Positions 25,403 to 39,377 of a stretch of 64,000 nt of DNA are shown one piece after another. Origin of the DNA: Lingula anatina (Eukaryota > Animalia > Brachiopoda); the NCBI GenBank assembly GCA_051362555.1, contig CM120644.1, forward strand, positions 16,638,534-16,702,533. Direction: 5' to 3'. The translations under genes and the position numbers were made by a program. Every line of letters begins with the position of its first letter. Positions within the stretch are counted from its first letter, which is position 1. The notes under the pieces were generated by a model. It was not told the DNA's origin and did no database searches. It saw nothing but the letters and a program-made list of their open reading frames with translations.

Positions 25403-27256
25403 GTAAGTGCTACTTTCGTGGACGACCACAGACCGGTAAATTTATGGCAAGGGGTGGAACCCACTTTATTCTGGTACACCACACTGTCAAATATGACAAC
25501 AGTATTTATTATATATATATTCATCATATATCACATTATCAAAGATGTATATATAGAGAAACTATATATATATTTCTGTATATATTATATTATATATATA
25601 CATATTTATCCCCTGTCTAACCCAAAATGGCATGGTTGTCAGAACAGCAGCAAACTAACAACTTGGCGAGATGTTTATATTTTTACGTGGGGAGCCATAT
25701 TGGCTGTGGCGAGTGTTTTGTGTCCTTCACTGGCTGCCAGATGGGGATTGGTGCTTAGCTGACGGATTTGTTGTTTGAACCTACCTGCCCACACAGGCGG
25801 CCATTTTTCTTTCTTCTTCAATCGTAAAAGATCCCATAAGAGTGCCAAATTTGGAAAAATAATCGCTATATGCACAGATACATCTGTGTCTGCACATAAA
25901 AATCATCAGATGTGATAAGTCTACCATAATTTAGCTGTGGTCATAAAAATCCTGAAATTCTTGATCCTACAGCTTTCATTACCTGGATTAGCTAATGAGA
26001 GTACAAGAAATATTCAGTCCTCGAAAATTTCTCGAAACGGAAACCTGAGGTCAATGAAACTATTAAGTCCTTACCATCACCTTGAATCAAAATTAATGTT
26101 GACATACAAAATAAAAAAATAGTTGAGAATTCAGTTCTCATCAGATTTTAAAATAAGTTTGCTTGTCAGCTTGGTGCCTTTTCCCAGTGGTATAGTATCA
26201 AAGTGGAGGACCTGGGACAGTATGGGAGGGAATATACTTACTTGGCTTGTCCCTGAAGCAATTAGTTCCCCATCTCAAATACATGCACCATTCGCTTTAT
26301 TGTTGATGTCTGTAACATTCCTGAGATCATAACACAAGTCTTTCTCAAATCAAAAAAAATATATATATAAAACTATTGGAAAAGCTACAATTTTGAGATG
26401 TTGCCTTCTGCTGTTACTTGGCAGTTGGTTCACATCTTTGCATGTATGTTATCTAAAGCAATTAAAGTAACAAATGTTGAATATTTGGTTGTTTAGCTTA
26501 AGAGGGGGAATTCTGTGGGTATAAACAACAAACCTTTTGTGTTTGGAGGAAAGTTTGTGTTATGATTACACAGTGTGTGTTGTCAACTGACCAGCCTTTT
26601 TCACTCACTCAAAAAAAAAAAAAAAACGATGTAATTTTACCAAATCATATTCTATTTATCATGATTGAATTGATTGATAGATGAATATTCAAATGTCCTT
26701 CTTTATCTTCTGTCAACCAGTGTCCACATATGCTAATATAATGGCACACATACAAAGTCACGCACGCACACACGCACACATGCACTGCACGCTGTATACG
26801 GGCACAAATGTAAACACACATGTTGCATTCACTAAGCAACCCTATTCATCACAAATCAAATCACATTCAGAGCTTTTCGAATTATCTTTGGCTGACCCCC
26901 TCTCATTGTGATTATCTTTTGTGATTACATCATCACCTTGTTTGTTTGTTTGTTTGTAGTAATAATTATTCTGTGAATTGTTCTGTGTGATTTGTCAATT
27001 CAATTCGTTCTTGAGGTGCTTTTTTGAATGAAGACAAATCCTAACTGGTTTAAGAGCTAACGGCATCACACGATGACCTAACTAGCCTCTGCACAAACTG
27101 TTCTTGTATGTCACCCACATCCATCATGATAGGGGAATTGATTTTCAGTAAGTGAATTTCAACCTGAATGATTTGGGAACAGTCATCCAGGAGACTTTTG
27201 ATTGATTTGCCATTTACCATAGAAACTAAATTTTGCCATGAAAGACCATTTGGATG

Positions 27257-27420
27257 GGCAGATCCAGAGATATTTTCTGAGAGTCTTTCGAGTCATCTTT
27301 GTTGATCCTTCCTCCATTTTTTTACCATCTTCCGGCAGAAAAACAATAGATGCCCGTCAATGTAAACTTGAAAATTTTGACCCTCTTCAGGAAGACCCAT
27401 AAGACAGCCTCTATCCCCCT
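27257..27420 (+). mobile_element. GGCAGATCC-family repeat of about 165 bp
   Basis: Homologous to about 14992-15155 (same orientation) and 39076-39240 (reverse orientation). Confidence 0.75.
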
Positions 27421-30400
27421 CTGTTTGATTAGTTGACAATATCTTATCCAGTACACGGGTGCAGCACTGGGAGGTCCCAAGGCATGGAGACAGCTGTATC
27501 ACTTAAGTGATTTGGTCATCTTGTGATGTCATTTAGACTTAAACCAGTTCAGGTACCTTTGCCATGAAGCAGACATTTGGAATCAAAACGAAAGAAAGAA
27601 AGACAATATTGGAAACTGTTGCATAAGTCAAAGAATCTGTTTTGTGAAAGCATCTTTTTGTCTTTTACTGAAAAATTAATGTTTTTAATGTTGTTTTATT
27701 AAAAGTCTTTGCACTTGAAACCACTTATTTTTAATTGACCAGTAATAAACTGCTGTTAGCTTTTACAAGACTTTAAAATAACAAAAATGTTCCAGGTTTG
27801 TCTTCATGGATATGTCAAATGGCACCTCAAATGATGTGTGTATCACCTTGTAAATGCATAAATTATGATAATTAATTCATCACAGAATGTGTAGTTAATC
27901 AAAGTGATTGTGCCCAGTTAAGACATTTCTGTCCAATCTGCAGCCCAGGTCAGTATGATGAATGCACAATCTTGATCGTAATTTTGGCCAGATTTCGTAC
28001 AAATGCAACCCTCAGTGAGGACTATGGGCATCATTTAAACATTGGCACGCCTCTGGACACAATATTGGCATATGTTTTGATACATTTGCATCTTTTTATT
28101 CACTGCAAGGTACATATTTGGTCTTCTTTATTATTGATTATAAGGAACATCACATTTGTACTCTGTTCTTGCAGAAAAAAAGGCTGTATTTGTACATGTT
28201 CCCACTTTTCATCATGTTTCCAACCATGTTAGATTGCCATATCTTGGTTAAACTTATCTTCACAATGTGTTTGATTACAATTTCATCATTATACGACATC
28301 ATTCAATTGACTTCGGCAATATTGGCAGGGTGGGACAACAGAGGGATTAGATTGCCTCCTTATGGTGAGCTAATTGTAACAAGACAGCTTGATAAGATTG
28401 GTTGTTACCAAGATGGGTTGTTTCAACTTGGCTGGAAACGCCGTTAATGTTAAATCTGACCTGCTTTGATAATGTAGTCAGTAAAGCACTAGAATTCCTA
28501 GAGTAACATTTTTCATGTAGCTTCAGAGATAAGTCCAAGTAATTGTGTTAACAAGAGCATGTGAATTCCATGGCTCACCTCTATGTACCCTGACCTAGTT
28601 TTGAATTTAGACTCCAATTCTACATTGGGAAATGCTACCTAGTTTACTTTTTAAAGTAATCTGAAAAAGAAAGATTTCTTAGATACAGTGTACAAAAGAC
28701 GAGAATGTTTAAGAGAAAGAAAATATTTTTTTACAAAGCAAAGCATAAAAACAAGACTGTTACAACTTTGTACTCATTTGATTCAAGTATCATTATGAAA
28801 AAAAGAAGCTTTTTAAAATATTCGAGCAACAACACACTGCATTTGATAACTTGATTCTTAGATCAAGGGTATCTCACAGATTGAAAATTCTCTCAGAAAA
28901 AATCATTCATCCCAATGTAGAATCCGAGTTTTCTTTTAAGACTGGGAATCGGGGTGTAGTATACTCCAATGCTGCTTCCTTACAACTTCTCCCCTCTCCT
29001 CACTCGGCAAAAACTGCTTGTTAATAATGATAATCCCAACGCTAGATTGTTAATTTCTGTATATTATTTTTGCAATGGGGAAAGAGACATTTGGACCAAC
29101 TGACCTCTACCTGCTGACAGCTGTGTGAGGGGGCTATCAATATTTATTAAAGGTCTTAAATGCTGTTTATATGAATGCTGACAGTTGGTGGTGCTGGGAG
29201 GCAATATAATGGGGGTTCTACCTCTTGGGCATGCATGAGCCTCGTGTTTGCACATGCAGCATTTTCTTTCGATATTTTCCTGGTTTTTCTACTTCTTTTT
29301 TATTTCCGTGTATATATTTTTACCATGTGTGTGAGTTCATATTTATTATGTGTATCCTTCAAACCTTGCTTATTTTATGTGTTTATTATTTTATATATAT
29401 GTTTGCATGGAAAGCTTTCGAATGCACCTCCGAGGTAGTAGCGCTGAGAATGAATGTGTATGCATGCATCTAGCACGTGCACATGCATGTTGTATTCTGT
29501 TTGTGATTGTTTTGTTACCATTATTACGGTAAGCTTTCTATACCTTTGTGCCTTGCATGGGGTGTGAATGCACTGTTTGTTTATTTGTTTTTTGTTGATT
29601 ATTTGTTCATCTTGTTAATGAAATTGTTTAGCATTAATTAATAATGTTGTTAAATCACTGTCTGGAAAGCTGGCATGTGTAATTTGCATTTCATAATTTC
29701 ATTTAACTGTAAAGTGATTTTTGTATTGAAATATTCTCAGTTACTAAGAATGATTTTGATAAAGATTGCAGCAGTTGCTGTCAAGTTTTAATTTTTTTTT
29801 TTTTTTTTCAAAAAAGCTGGCTTATAATCATTGTTGTTTGATCTGCAAGTTGACTTAATATAATAATTACATCTTCACATATAATATCTATATATTCCAG
29901 TTTTTGGCATATTGTCTGCATTGTTTCATACCTCCCCATGATGTTACTCCAGTTTCCAATTTTTTTTTTTTTTTTTCAATACTTACTTCTTGATATATGC
30001 ATGTTGTTTGTACTAAAAGTTGGATATTTTCAGCTGTTTCATTGGCTATATAATCTCCCAATGAGAATCATATTTACAAATCTGCACGAGACCCGTGTTG
30101 AAAATAGGCATTTAATCTGATAGAACAAAACAACTTGTGTGTTGAAGTTGTGTCTTACTGTCTCTGCCACCTAGAGGTGACCAATACTAAATTTACTGAG
30201 ACTATGCCATATATTTTACCTATATTGACCAGTGAGAATGCTTTGAGTATTCAGCCCTTGCCATAACCTCAAAACTCTGACCAACCAGAATGCTGAAAGT
30301 ATTCAGTCCTTACCACAAGTGCATAAAATAAGCAGAGCAGTTCTGTCACCGTGGAAACTGGTGTAACATCACCATGGCAACAAACCCCTTGACTTTACAC

Positions 30401-30427
30401 GTCCTTTGGTTTCTTTCCTATTTCAAG

Positions 30428-30526
30428 GTGATTCCCACAAGCTTACATCCAGGTTCCACCATGGATCCAAATCTTATGCCGACCCTTGCTGCACAGATGG
30501 GCCAATTACAACTCTCTGGAGCTTCG
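30428..30526 (+). CDS. shep: RBMS/shep coding exon 8
   Basis: AAG acceptor, gtaggg donor; VIPTSLHPGSTMDPNLMPTLAAQMGQLQLSGAS resembles RBMS LAQQMSHLSL. Confidence 0.85.
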
Positions 30527-33500
30527 GTAGGGGAGGAACATGGACAGTTGTAAATTGTTGCTCTCTAAAAAGAAAAAAAAAGAGATAGACCTGGGTGGCA
30601 GAGTTGCTATTGCTATTGTCATTGATGACGATGGTGGTGATGAGGCTATTTTAATCCCCACATAAACTTTAAACGAGATGCAATTCTACACTTGGGTCTA
30701 TGGATCTTTACGATAACAATGTTGTTACTGATGATATGTTAATGATGATAAACATTATGAATTGTAGGATGGATGATGATAATGATGATGATGATTAATG
30801 AAGATGATCTTGACATTTATACACTTATATTCAGCATTTGTTGAAGATTTTATGACAGACTTTATTTTTTGCCAGACATTTCATTTAGAAATTTTCATCT
30901 TTCAAATGGTAACCGAGACTCTAACTACTATATAATCTGTTATTGCGTATCATTAAATGTGTTAAGGACGTTTACAAGAAGGTTTACATACTGTCGAGGG
31001 ACATTTTGAAAATCATCCCACATTCGTATTTGTGTATTGGAGGTATTTATTGCAAATACAATATCTAAATTTTTGTGAGTTTATATATGTGTATGTACAA
31101 GATTGTACATCTGGAAAGCAAAAATATACAATTTGCTTTATATTTGACAAAGGAACAATGGTGAGAATAAAAACTTAAATTGGTTTTATCATTAAGGGAT
31201 GCAATTTTAAGGTTGTTAGGAACACAGAATGGTCGAACCAAGTGGTAACAGTTGTAAAAGAATTTGGAAAGGAAGCAAGTCCAGATTTACAAATGGCTTC
31301 TTGCAAATTTTTTGTCGTCAAAGTTGTTGTACATTTGAGTACTATGGTTCTTTTTATGTTAGACGTGGTTCTTTTGAAAGTTGGTTCTTTCTTTGTTTTT
31401 TTGGGGTTGAAAGGTTGTTGTTCTTTTGGATATAAGTCTACAATGGATGGAATGTTCTAGGTATAATATGCATGTTTGATTGTCTTATCATAGAATTTTA
31501 GGTGTAGGGATCAGTTTTGACAATATTAGCTAGTTGCTTCACTCCATATATAATCACAAATACACATATATATACATATAATCAGTAATGAGTAGGTTTT
31601 GTCTAGGACAGAGCTTTTGTACATAGCTAAGTGCATGTTGAATGATGTACATAGATTTTTCCCAGTTGTTTTCTTCTTAAACGTAATATTTTTGGTTTAA
31701 CACTCCGTTCACGGATATATAGAGATCAGCAAGTTTTTTTTTTAACGTGACTCTGAAAATGCAGAATAAAAATGGCATTTTTCTTTTTTTGATCAGCAAC
31801 TAAGTGGAGTAGTTTTGAAAGGATTATGAATAGTTGGAAGATATAAGTTCAGATAGACTGAAAAGGATGCATTGGGATAAAATGGTGTTTGTGGAAGCTC
31901 AGTCCAGTGCAGAAGGCTTAAATGGTTTGACAAGGGCTTAAATCATTTGACAAGGGCTAAAATTGCAATTAAAAGCTCTATAAAGTACAGAAAGGTCATT
32001 GAGAATTCTGATGTTCTCTGTCCTAAAGAAAATGCATTCAATATGTGTATAAGGGGGGGGGGGAATGGCAGATGGAGTTGATGTTGAATGAGGTTGCAGA
32101 TTTATATTTAAAAAAAGATGTTAAAAAAGGAAGATTTTCATTTTTATTCTTGGATTAGGCCTATGGTGACTGTGACCCTGGGGAGATGGGGAAAAGTGTT
32201 GAATTAGCCCTGATACTACTTTATAGCGATCCATATTACAGTTTATATTTAACATTAAAACTCATAGTAATTCATATAAAGGTTCATATTGACCCATAAT
32301 GATTGCCTTTAATCAAGGTGGAATATTGGTCAGATATGGATTTTTTAATATACCTCAAAAAGTGGCTAACAATTCGGTATTATTGAAATAATTATGAAAT
32401 GTTTAAGACCTGTGTTAATAATTATCAAGTGTTAAGGACCTGGGTGGTTGAGAGAAGGCATAGACCCTGTGCTGAATGTCGAGTAATAAGGGGTGTGTAC
32501 AGTTTGTGTTCCTAGTGGCTAGTTGTTTTTGTCTTTGGGTTCTGTTGGCAAACAGTTTTGAAGAGCTGGGGAGACTTTGGTCACCTGTCCAAATTGCAGC
32601 CTCATTTTAGCACAGACTGAAAGTGAGACTCCATTGATGGTAGTGGATAATGTAGACTTCTTCCATTTCTAAGTCTAGTCTTATCAAACCCAGAGGTAGT
32701 GTTTTGGGCAGTTCTTTATTGTATTCCACACTCTTTCAATGAATCAACATCTTGTTTGTCAAATAGGACTTTTCTGATTGTAGTCTATCTTGGAAAGGTT
32801 CTTTTTTTCCCTGGGAATTTTTATGTGTACATACATATAATGGAAATGTTATGTTGTGCATTCGCTATATTTTATACCATTTAACATTCATCATAGTCAC
32901 TCATATTTTTAGGAAAGAAAGCTGCAATTATATTTTATTCTTTAGAAAGCTAGTCAAGAATTTTATATTTAATCCCGAAATAGATGTTTTTGTGTGACTG
33001 ATGGATATTATATTGTTTACCATCTTACACGTGTGTGTTGGCTATAATGGAATCATTTTAATTAAATCAAAATTGCTTGTATCATTAAAATTTTGCTCAT
33101 TTGGTGCAATTACTTTCATTGTGAGAGAACCTTTCCAGATAGGCTACATTGCTTGGCTGCCTTTTCAAGTTTTCTGACATTTCATTGGGTGCTGCCAAAG
33201 GTGAAGGTCACTTGAATCTGGTTGTCTGTTCTTCAGAAAGTCTTGTAGAACCGCTGCAGTAGATTGTTGTCTTCATTAGTATATATCAATTTCATAGTTA
33301 CAATTCCAGGTTATCCATTTAAATCTCGTTTTAAAGTTGATAAAAAGTCTGTGATGCGGTATATGTATGTTGTTGAACTCCATCATATATTTGGAATATG
33401 CTATTATTTGCAATACATCATTGTTACGGAATACACTGTTTTTAGTCAAGTAATATTCAAACTATTCTATCAGAGTTTATGCTGTGTTTAGTTACCTGAA

Positions 33501-36500
33501 GTATTCATCTTGGAAGCTACCTTAGAAAAATTGTTAATTTTTACATTTGTTGCTAGTTTTTAATAGTCTCGAAGAAGGTTAACATTGTTGTATATTCTCC
33601 AAGCAGACGCCACCCCAAAGATGATAAGAAAAAATTGCACACACTGTTGATTATGATAAGTTTATATAAAATTGGTAATAATCGGAGAAGAATTTTTGTT
33701 ACTCTTTTCACACAGAGCTTTGTTAATTGTTAAAAAAAGTATATAGATTGCATATTCATCTGTACTTTTAGCACCCAGGTTAAGTTATTTGACAACACGA
33801 TGTTTATATGTTGTTATGTCTTATATACTCTACGATACAGTTGCTGCTGTCGACTATTTACTACAATAATGAAATGTAGATTCTTATTATATAATTTCTT
33901 GTACAGGTTAAGTGTGTATTTAGCGCATTCATATATGACTTTGTTATTAATACAATTATTCTCAACCATTTTTCGAAGATGCCAAGATTTTAAATTATTT
34001 TTGTACTGAATGTGATATGGTAACTTATATGGTAACAATATGGTAACTATATTGGTTTTCCTGATATTATTGGTTTGTAGAATGTAATGCATTCTTTTTG
34101 GTGCAGTTAAGACCTCACTTTTTATAGAAACATTGCTTTAAAGTGTGAAACAATATATTGTTTACTTGCTTCAGAATTAATGAAAAGTCACACCAAATTT
34201 TAAACCATGAAGAAATTTGACCTTGATTGCTGCTCCCATATGACTATTGTTTTATCTTAGCCAGTTTACAACTAGATTTAAAATTGAAGAAATAAGCTCA
34301 ATTCCAATGAAATTAGTTCTTACTTGCTTAGATTTGGTGTGCGTCCTTGTAATTTTGGTCTGTCTTGTGCAGTGGTGCACTCTACAGTTTCTATAACTAG
34401 CCAAGACAAGCTGGAGTGAAAGGTTGGTGTCACTGGGCTTATATGTATGCTTGGGAAATAACAAATTTTAACAGAGGAATTTTTAATGCTTGTTGCACCT
34501 GTCCAAGGACACTTGAGATCTTTCTTGAAGTTTCTATTGACAGCAGCATATCCTCTTTCCACTGGTTGTTTAGGTTTTTACAAATGATGCCAGCTAGTGA
34601 AGGAAAGTTTCATTCAATACTTTTTCAAATAAAGATATGTATACTGTTTTATCTGAGGTACAGCAAGGGTCGGATTGTGTAATTCACTTGTTGTGTTGTT
34701 GACATTTTTAAGTTGTATAATCCGTATTAATTCATATTCCCCTTCTTATGATAGTTTGTTGTACAGGAAATAACTTTCACGTATTTAACTGATAAAGCAT
34801 TAGAACTTGGTAAATAGAACTTGTTAGAAGTTGCAGTGCAATGGAGAGGGATAAGACAAAGAATTCCATTGTTTGTTTTTTTGTAACATTCTCTGTCAAC
34901 AAAATCTTGTACTTAGTGAAATCAAATACTATGCTTATTAGGTAGAAGAGGATTATCTTGTACATATTTGAAATACTGCAGTATAAATAGCTTTTAGTTT
35001 GGTGGTAGGTCTTAGTAATCAAACATATTTAATTAAAAAAAGAGTTAAAATTGCATGGTCTTACAAGATTGTATAGGCAGTGTTATAAAACATTGTAAAA
35101 AAAAAATTAGGAAAAAGAAAATAAAACTGCTGTTTTGTCAACATTAGTATCAGTGGGTGGGCAGTTAATTGTGTATGCCATAATATTACTATACATAATT
35201 GGATAACATATAATCTTCATCAAGTTATTATGAAAGGCACAAATACATGTGGTATTATTGAAGCTAGTTAGATTTTAATACGGTTGAGTGTTTTATGTAT
35301 ATGCACAGAGTGTGTATCTGCCCGTGAGTGTGTAATATACATATGTATATATGATATAAAATCAGTGTATGTATTGCATATACATAAGCACCCACATTTG
35401 TTTCCAAGGTGCTTTTTTTTTTGTGTTGAGTATGTAAAACCTTTTAAAAAATCATGTTAATGGAAGAGCATCACCCATGGCACTGATGTTGACATTGCAA
35501 CAGTTTGTCAAAATAATTACAGATTTAAAGATTTTTTTCTTCCGATAATTCTGTTGAGAGTTGAGTAGCAAAGCCATTGTAGTGTAGTGGAATAAAAGTG
35601 ATGAAAATTATTTTTTTATTATTTGTTTTGAATGTTTTTTTCATGTTGTACTGTGAGAAGTATAACTTACTGCTGCAACTGTTGTGTAGGAAATAGGATC
35701 TGATTTAAAGTCCACTTTGCTTCTTTTGGAAGTTTATGAATTCAAGATACAAATTCTCATTCAATTTTGCCCATAAAAATTGTTTAAAATTTATGTGGTA
35801 TATGAAAAAAAGTCACATTCGTCTGGACCCAGTGTAAAGTTGAGAATCGTGAAGACATTTATGTGCTCTGTGGTACGAGTATGAGTTTGGATTCACTGAT
35901 GTACCAATGAATGAAGGTTTGCAACCAAAATGCCACATGCTGGCATTAACCTTTGTTGAAGTTCTCGAGGAACCCTCCATAATTTAATAACATCTCAACT
36001 GCTGAGACGAAATTATATTGTTGAAATTTTGGTACGATATAACCCTCTTACATGCAATTGGACCTCATATTCCATAGCTCAGATCCATGTTTGTTCTTGC
36101 ACAACAGTTACAGCACCAGTGGCTCCATCTTCAGTTTAATATTGAATCCCATTGCGGTTACACCAAACTTGGCTTCAAAGACATATGCCATTGGATTTTG
36201 TAGTAGATTGATGCCTGCAGAGTCGTAGGTATGACCCTGTTGGTGCATGAATAAAGACCCATAGTGTTGTGTGTAACTAAAGCTCAACTATGAAGATAAA
36301 AATGTGGAGAAAATGGTTGCAGTCCTAATCAACGACCAGTTCTAATCAAGAAGACCACTGTGGACATTCCCGGAGAGATGGCAACCTCAACACTTGTTTC
36401 AAGTTAACAAAGGAACACAAGGTAACAACCCAACCCCGATGTGGATTGTCTTGTTTGGTCACCATATTATACTGATATTAGTGCCATCTATCTTTTATAT

Positions 36501-38157
36501 TATTCCTCAATAGTGGGTTTGCTTTGGTGGTGGCTTTTGCTTGACCAGAACCGTAGGCAAAAATCAGTCCTGGCAGACTGTGCGGTGCTGATACTTGGTG
36601 TCAAAAGAAACGGAATTTAAGCAGGAATTAACACACATTTAATAATTGTACTACCCATTTCAAATTTTTTTTTAAATGAGTAATAATAATGTTCAGAGAC
36701 AACACCTCTCAAACTCGTTGCTGATATAATTTTGAAGTAAACGTAACCTCGTCACTCATTCTTGGCAAAGAAAATAATAAGGAAACATCAGCACCATGCA
36801 TCTGCCGTAGTGTGATCTATGTTATTTACCTCTTCTCCACAGTATGAATTCTAGCCTAAATCATATTTATACCATATGGTGCATGGAATACCACTGCTCC
36901 TCTTTACATATATTACATATTTTTCCATATATATTTTATAGTTAGATATTTAATCCTCACTGGTGTGGTTGTAGAGCTAAGCATTTTTATTCACAGCGTG
37001 ATTGTGTATGTGGATAGTAAATAGGAAAATGCACAAGCAAGACAGAAAACTAAGTCTAACCTCTGCTTTTATCTGTAATAGACTCTGGGATACTCTTGGC
37101 TTTAACAGAAGGCTGGCATTGAGGGGACAGATAAGTACAGGCTTAGAAAACAAAGGTCTTGAAAGACACTCTGATTTTTGCTGTACTTTTCAACTTTGTG
37201 ATTTGGCCAAAATTTTCAAAAATGTTGATAGTTTTAAAGGTTACTGTCACCATTTTGTACTTATCTTACGGCCATATTGGGTAACTCTGCCTCTGTCTCA
37301 AAACACTGCCATTTTGCTTTTTAAAAAATCATTGGCTGGCTCCAAAACCAAAAATATAACTAGATTCTATCAACCATAATTATTTGAACCTGTTTTAATC
37401 ACCCCAGTGAACCTAGTTCCAATATCTCACACCTCGCTCCATAATGTTCCAATGGCATTGTCAACCATGGATTGCCAGAACTGATTCAAACAATCAAACC
37501 ATACATATGTGTACAGTTTATGTATATATATACATGTACTTATAACTTTTATGTTAATATTATAATGCAATTTTTATCCACATATATTTAACTTATTAAT
37601 TGAGTTGGATTTCTTGTTCTTTGATGGATAATTCTAATAACTACTAGAGGTCATTATTTTCACTGGAGTCATTTATCTTTGGATTCAGTTTTTTAAACAT
37701 ATTTCATTAACACAATGGGAAGATCTATCTTTACTACGGGTAGCAGTTAAAGCCTGCTTTTAAATTTACTTTTTGCTTTGAAAGGGGCTTTGAGTAGTTG
37801 TAAGTAGTTCTCTAAGTTTTGCTTGCTAAGTTTCAAACCTTCCTGCTGTGTATGGAATGCATGGCAACAGTCACTTCAACAGCAGCAACTATGAAGCAAA
37901 AGCATCAAACAGGCAACTTGCTTAAGCACCAACTGTGTGGGTAATATTCCTTTGATGAGAACAATATGATTTTGTCAGGAAGAGTTGATGTTCTTCTGAA
38001 CAATCTTTAATGTTTTTTGGTGGCATACCAGTCGAGGGATGTCAACCACATCTGGTGTATGAGTTGTTTGTGTCTATATTGCTGTACCCCTAGCTAGAGA
38101 AGCTTTATACTTCACAGCACATGTTATCCAACACCCTTTCGCCTCATTATATCATAT

Positions 38158-38352
38158 TGGACCTTAAAATGTATTGACCTTGACATCTCACAGGCCATGA
38201 CCTTGCCGCCTGTAGGTTGTTGACCTTTGAAAACCCTCATCATATTTGACCTGAAAGTTTGTTGACCTTGACCCTCCACAGGCTGTGACCTTGACCCCTA
38301 CAGGTTGGTGACCTTAACCTTTGAAAACCTTCACCTTTATCAAATGTGACCC
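38158..38352. repeat. TGACCTT-rich degenerate tandem repeat
   Basis: About ten TGACC(T/C) motifs in two related blocks. Confidence 0.7.
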
Positions 38353-38792
38353 AAGGGGCTATTTACACATGTAGTGTTCTCTGACAAGCTTGGTAAGCTT
38401 CAGTATTTCCTGCTTTGCATAGAGCATTGCGGTATGGGCATGTTAACAGGAAAATGTATAGTTTCTCCACTCTTTCCTCTCTCAGCAAGCATCTATGTAT
38501 GCATGTCATTTATTCTAGCAGTTCTCCATTATGTCGTGAAAAATATTACCGTTTAAAAAGTGGACCATCATCACTGCCTGTCACACTTAAATTGGTGTGA
38601 TCAAATTATGTAATTATCAAAAAAAGTATGAAGCATTTAGTACAAAACTCTTTTACACAAGTATATAGAAAAATAAACCTCCTTGGTATAACTTTTTTTC
38701 ACTTTTATTTTGTTAAACACTGTGAGAGATGCTCTTTATTTTGTTGACTGTGAAGGAAAGTTGGAGCAGTGACTGTTTGTCTTTTATTTCAG

Positions 38793-38876
38793 TATATGCA
38801 GGCGGGACCCTACCACCAGATGGCCTACCCGGCCACTGCCACCACGCCCATTTTACAACAACAAATACAGTACGAG
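38793..38876 (+). CDS. shep: RBMS/shep coding exon 9
   Basis: tttcag/gtgagt; 84 nt, phase 0; YMQAGPYHQMAYPATATTPILQQQIQYE. Confidence 0.82.
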
Positions 38877-38896
38877 GTGAGTAGTTTTCAATCTTA

Positions 38897-39072
38897 GGCC
38901 AAATTCAGAACAGTGGACTAACTAGTCCGAGAGTCAAATATGGCAACCCACTAAAAAGCTTGTCGTCTACTTCCCTAATAGGCACTGAATATATTCCCTG
39001 TGGGGAAGTATTTTAAGTGGGTCAGCCATATTTGACCCTCCGGCTGGTTAGTCCACTGTTCTGAATGCGGCC
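38897..39072. mobile_element. Copy of the GGCC/TTA palindromic MITE
   Basis: TTA TSD on both sides; shared gtggactaactagtccgag.gtcaaatatgg core. Confidence 0.85.
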
Positions 39073-39075
39073 TTA

Positions 39076-39240
39076 GGCAGGTGCAGAGGCCTTCTTTTGG
39101 GTCTTCCAGGAGACAGTCAAATTTTTTTCAAGTTTACATTGACAGGCATCTAATTTTCCTGTCAGAAGATGATCAAAAATGCAGGATGAATCAACAAAGA
39201 TAATTTGGGAAGACTACCAGAAAATGTCTCAGGATCTGCC
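39076..39240 (-). mobile_element. GGCAGATCC-family repeat, reverse orientation
   Basis: Reverse complement aligns to 27257-27420; GGCAG/CTGCC ends; abuts the TTA of the preceding MITE. Confidence 0.75.
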
Positions 39241-39377
39241 AATTGCCAATGGTTTGGTGTATGGATATTAAACAGAGGAGTTTTTGCAAATTAACTAGTC
39301 TTGTACCACTCACAGTTCTAAGCTATTCTTGTAGGTTATATATTTATTTATTTATTTATTATTTTAATGTTTTTCAG

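Noticed and set aside
25436-25762. Long read-through of ORF 25211..25762 as a hydrophobic C-terminus
   Set aside because: The tail is translated AT-rich low-complexity intron (IYIYI); good donors exist at 25402 and 25435
38158-38352. TGACCT cluster as a nuclear-receptor enhancer
   Set aside because: The pattern fits a degenerate tandem repeat; motif density follows from the repeat unit
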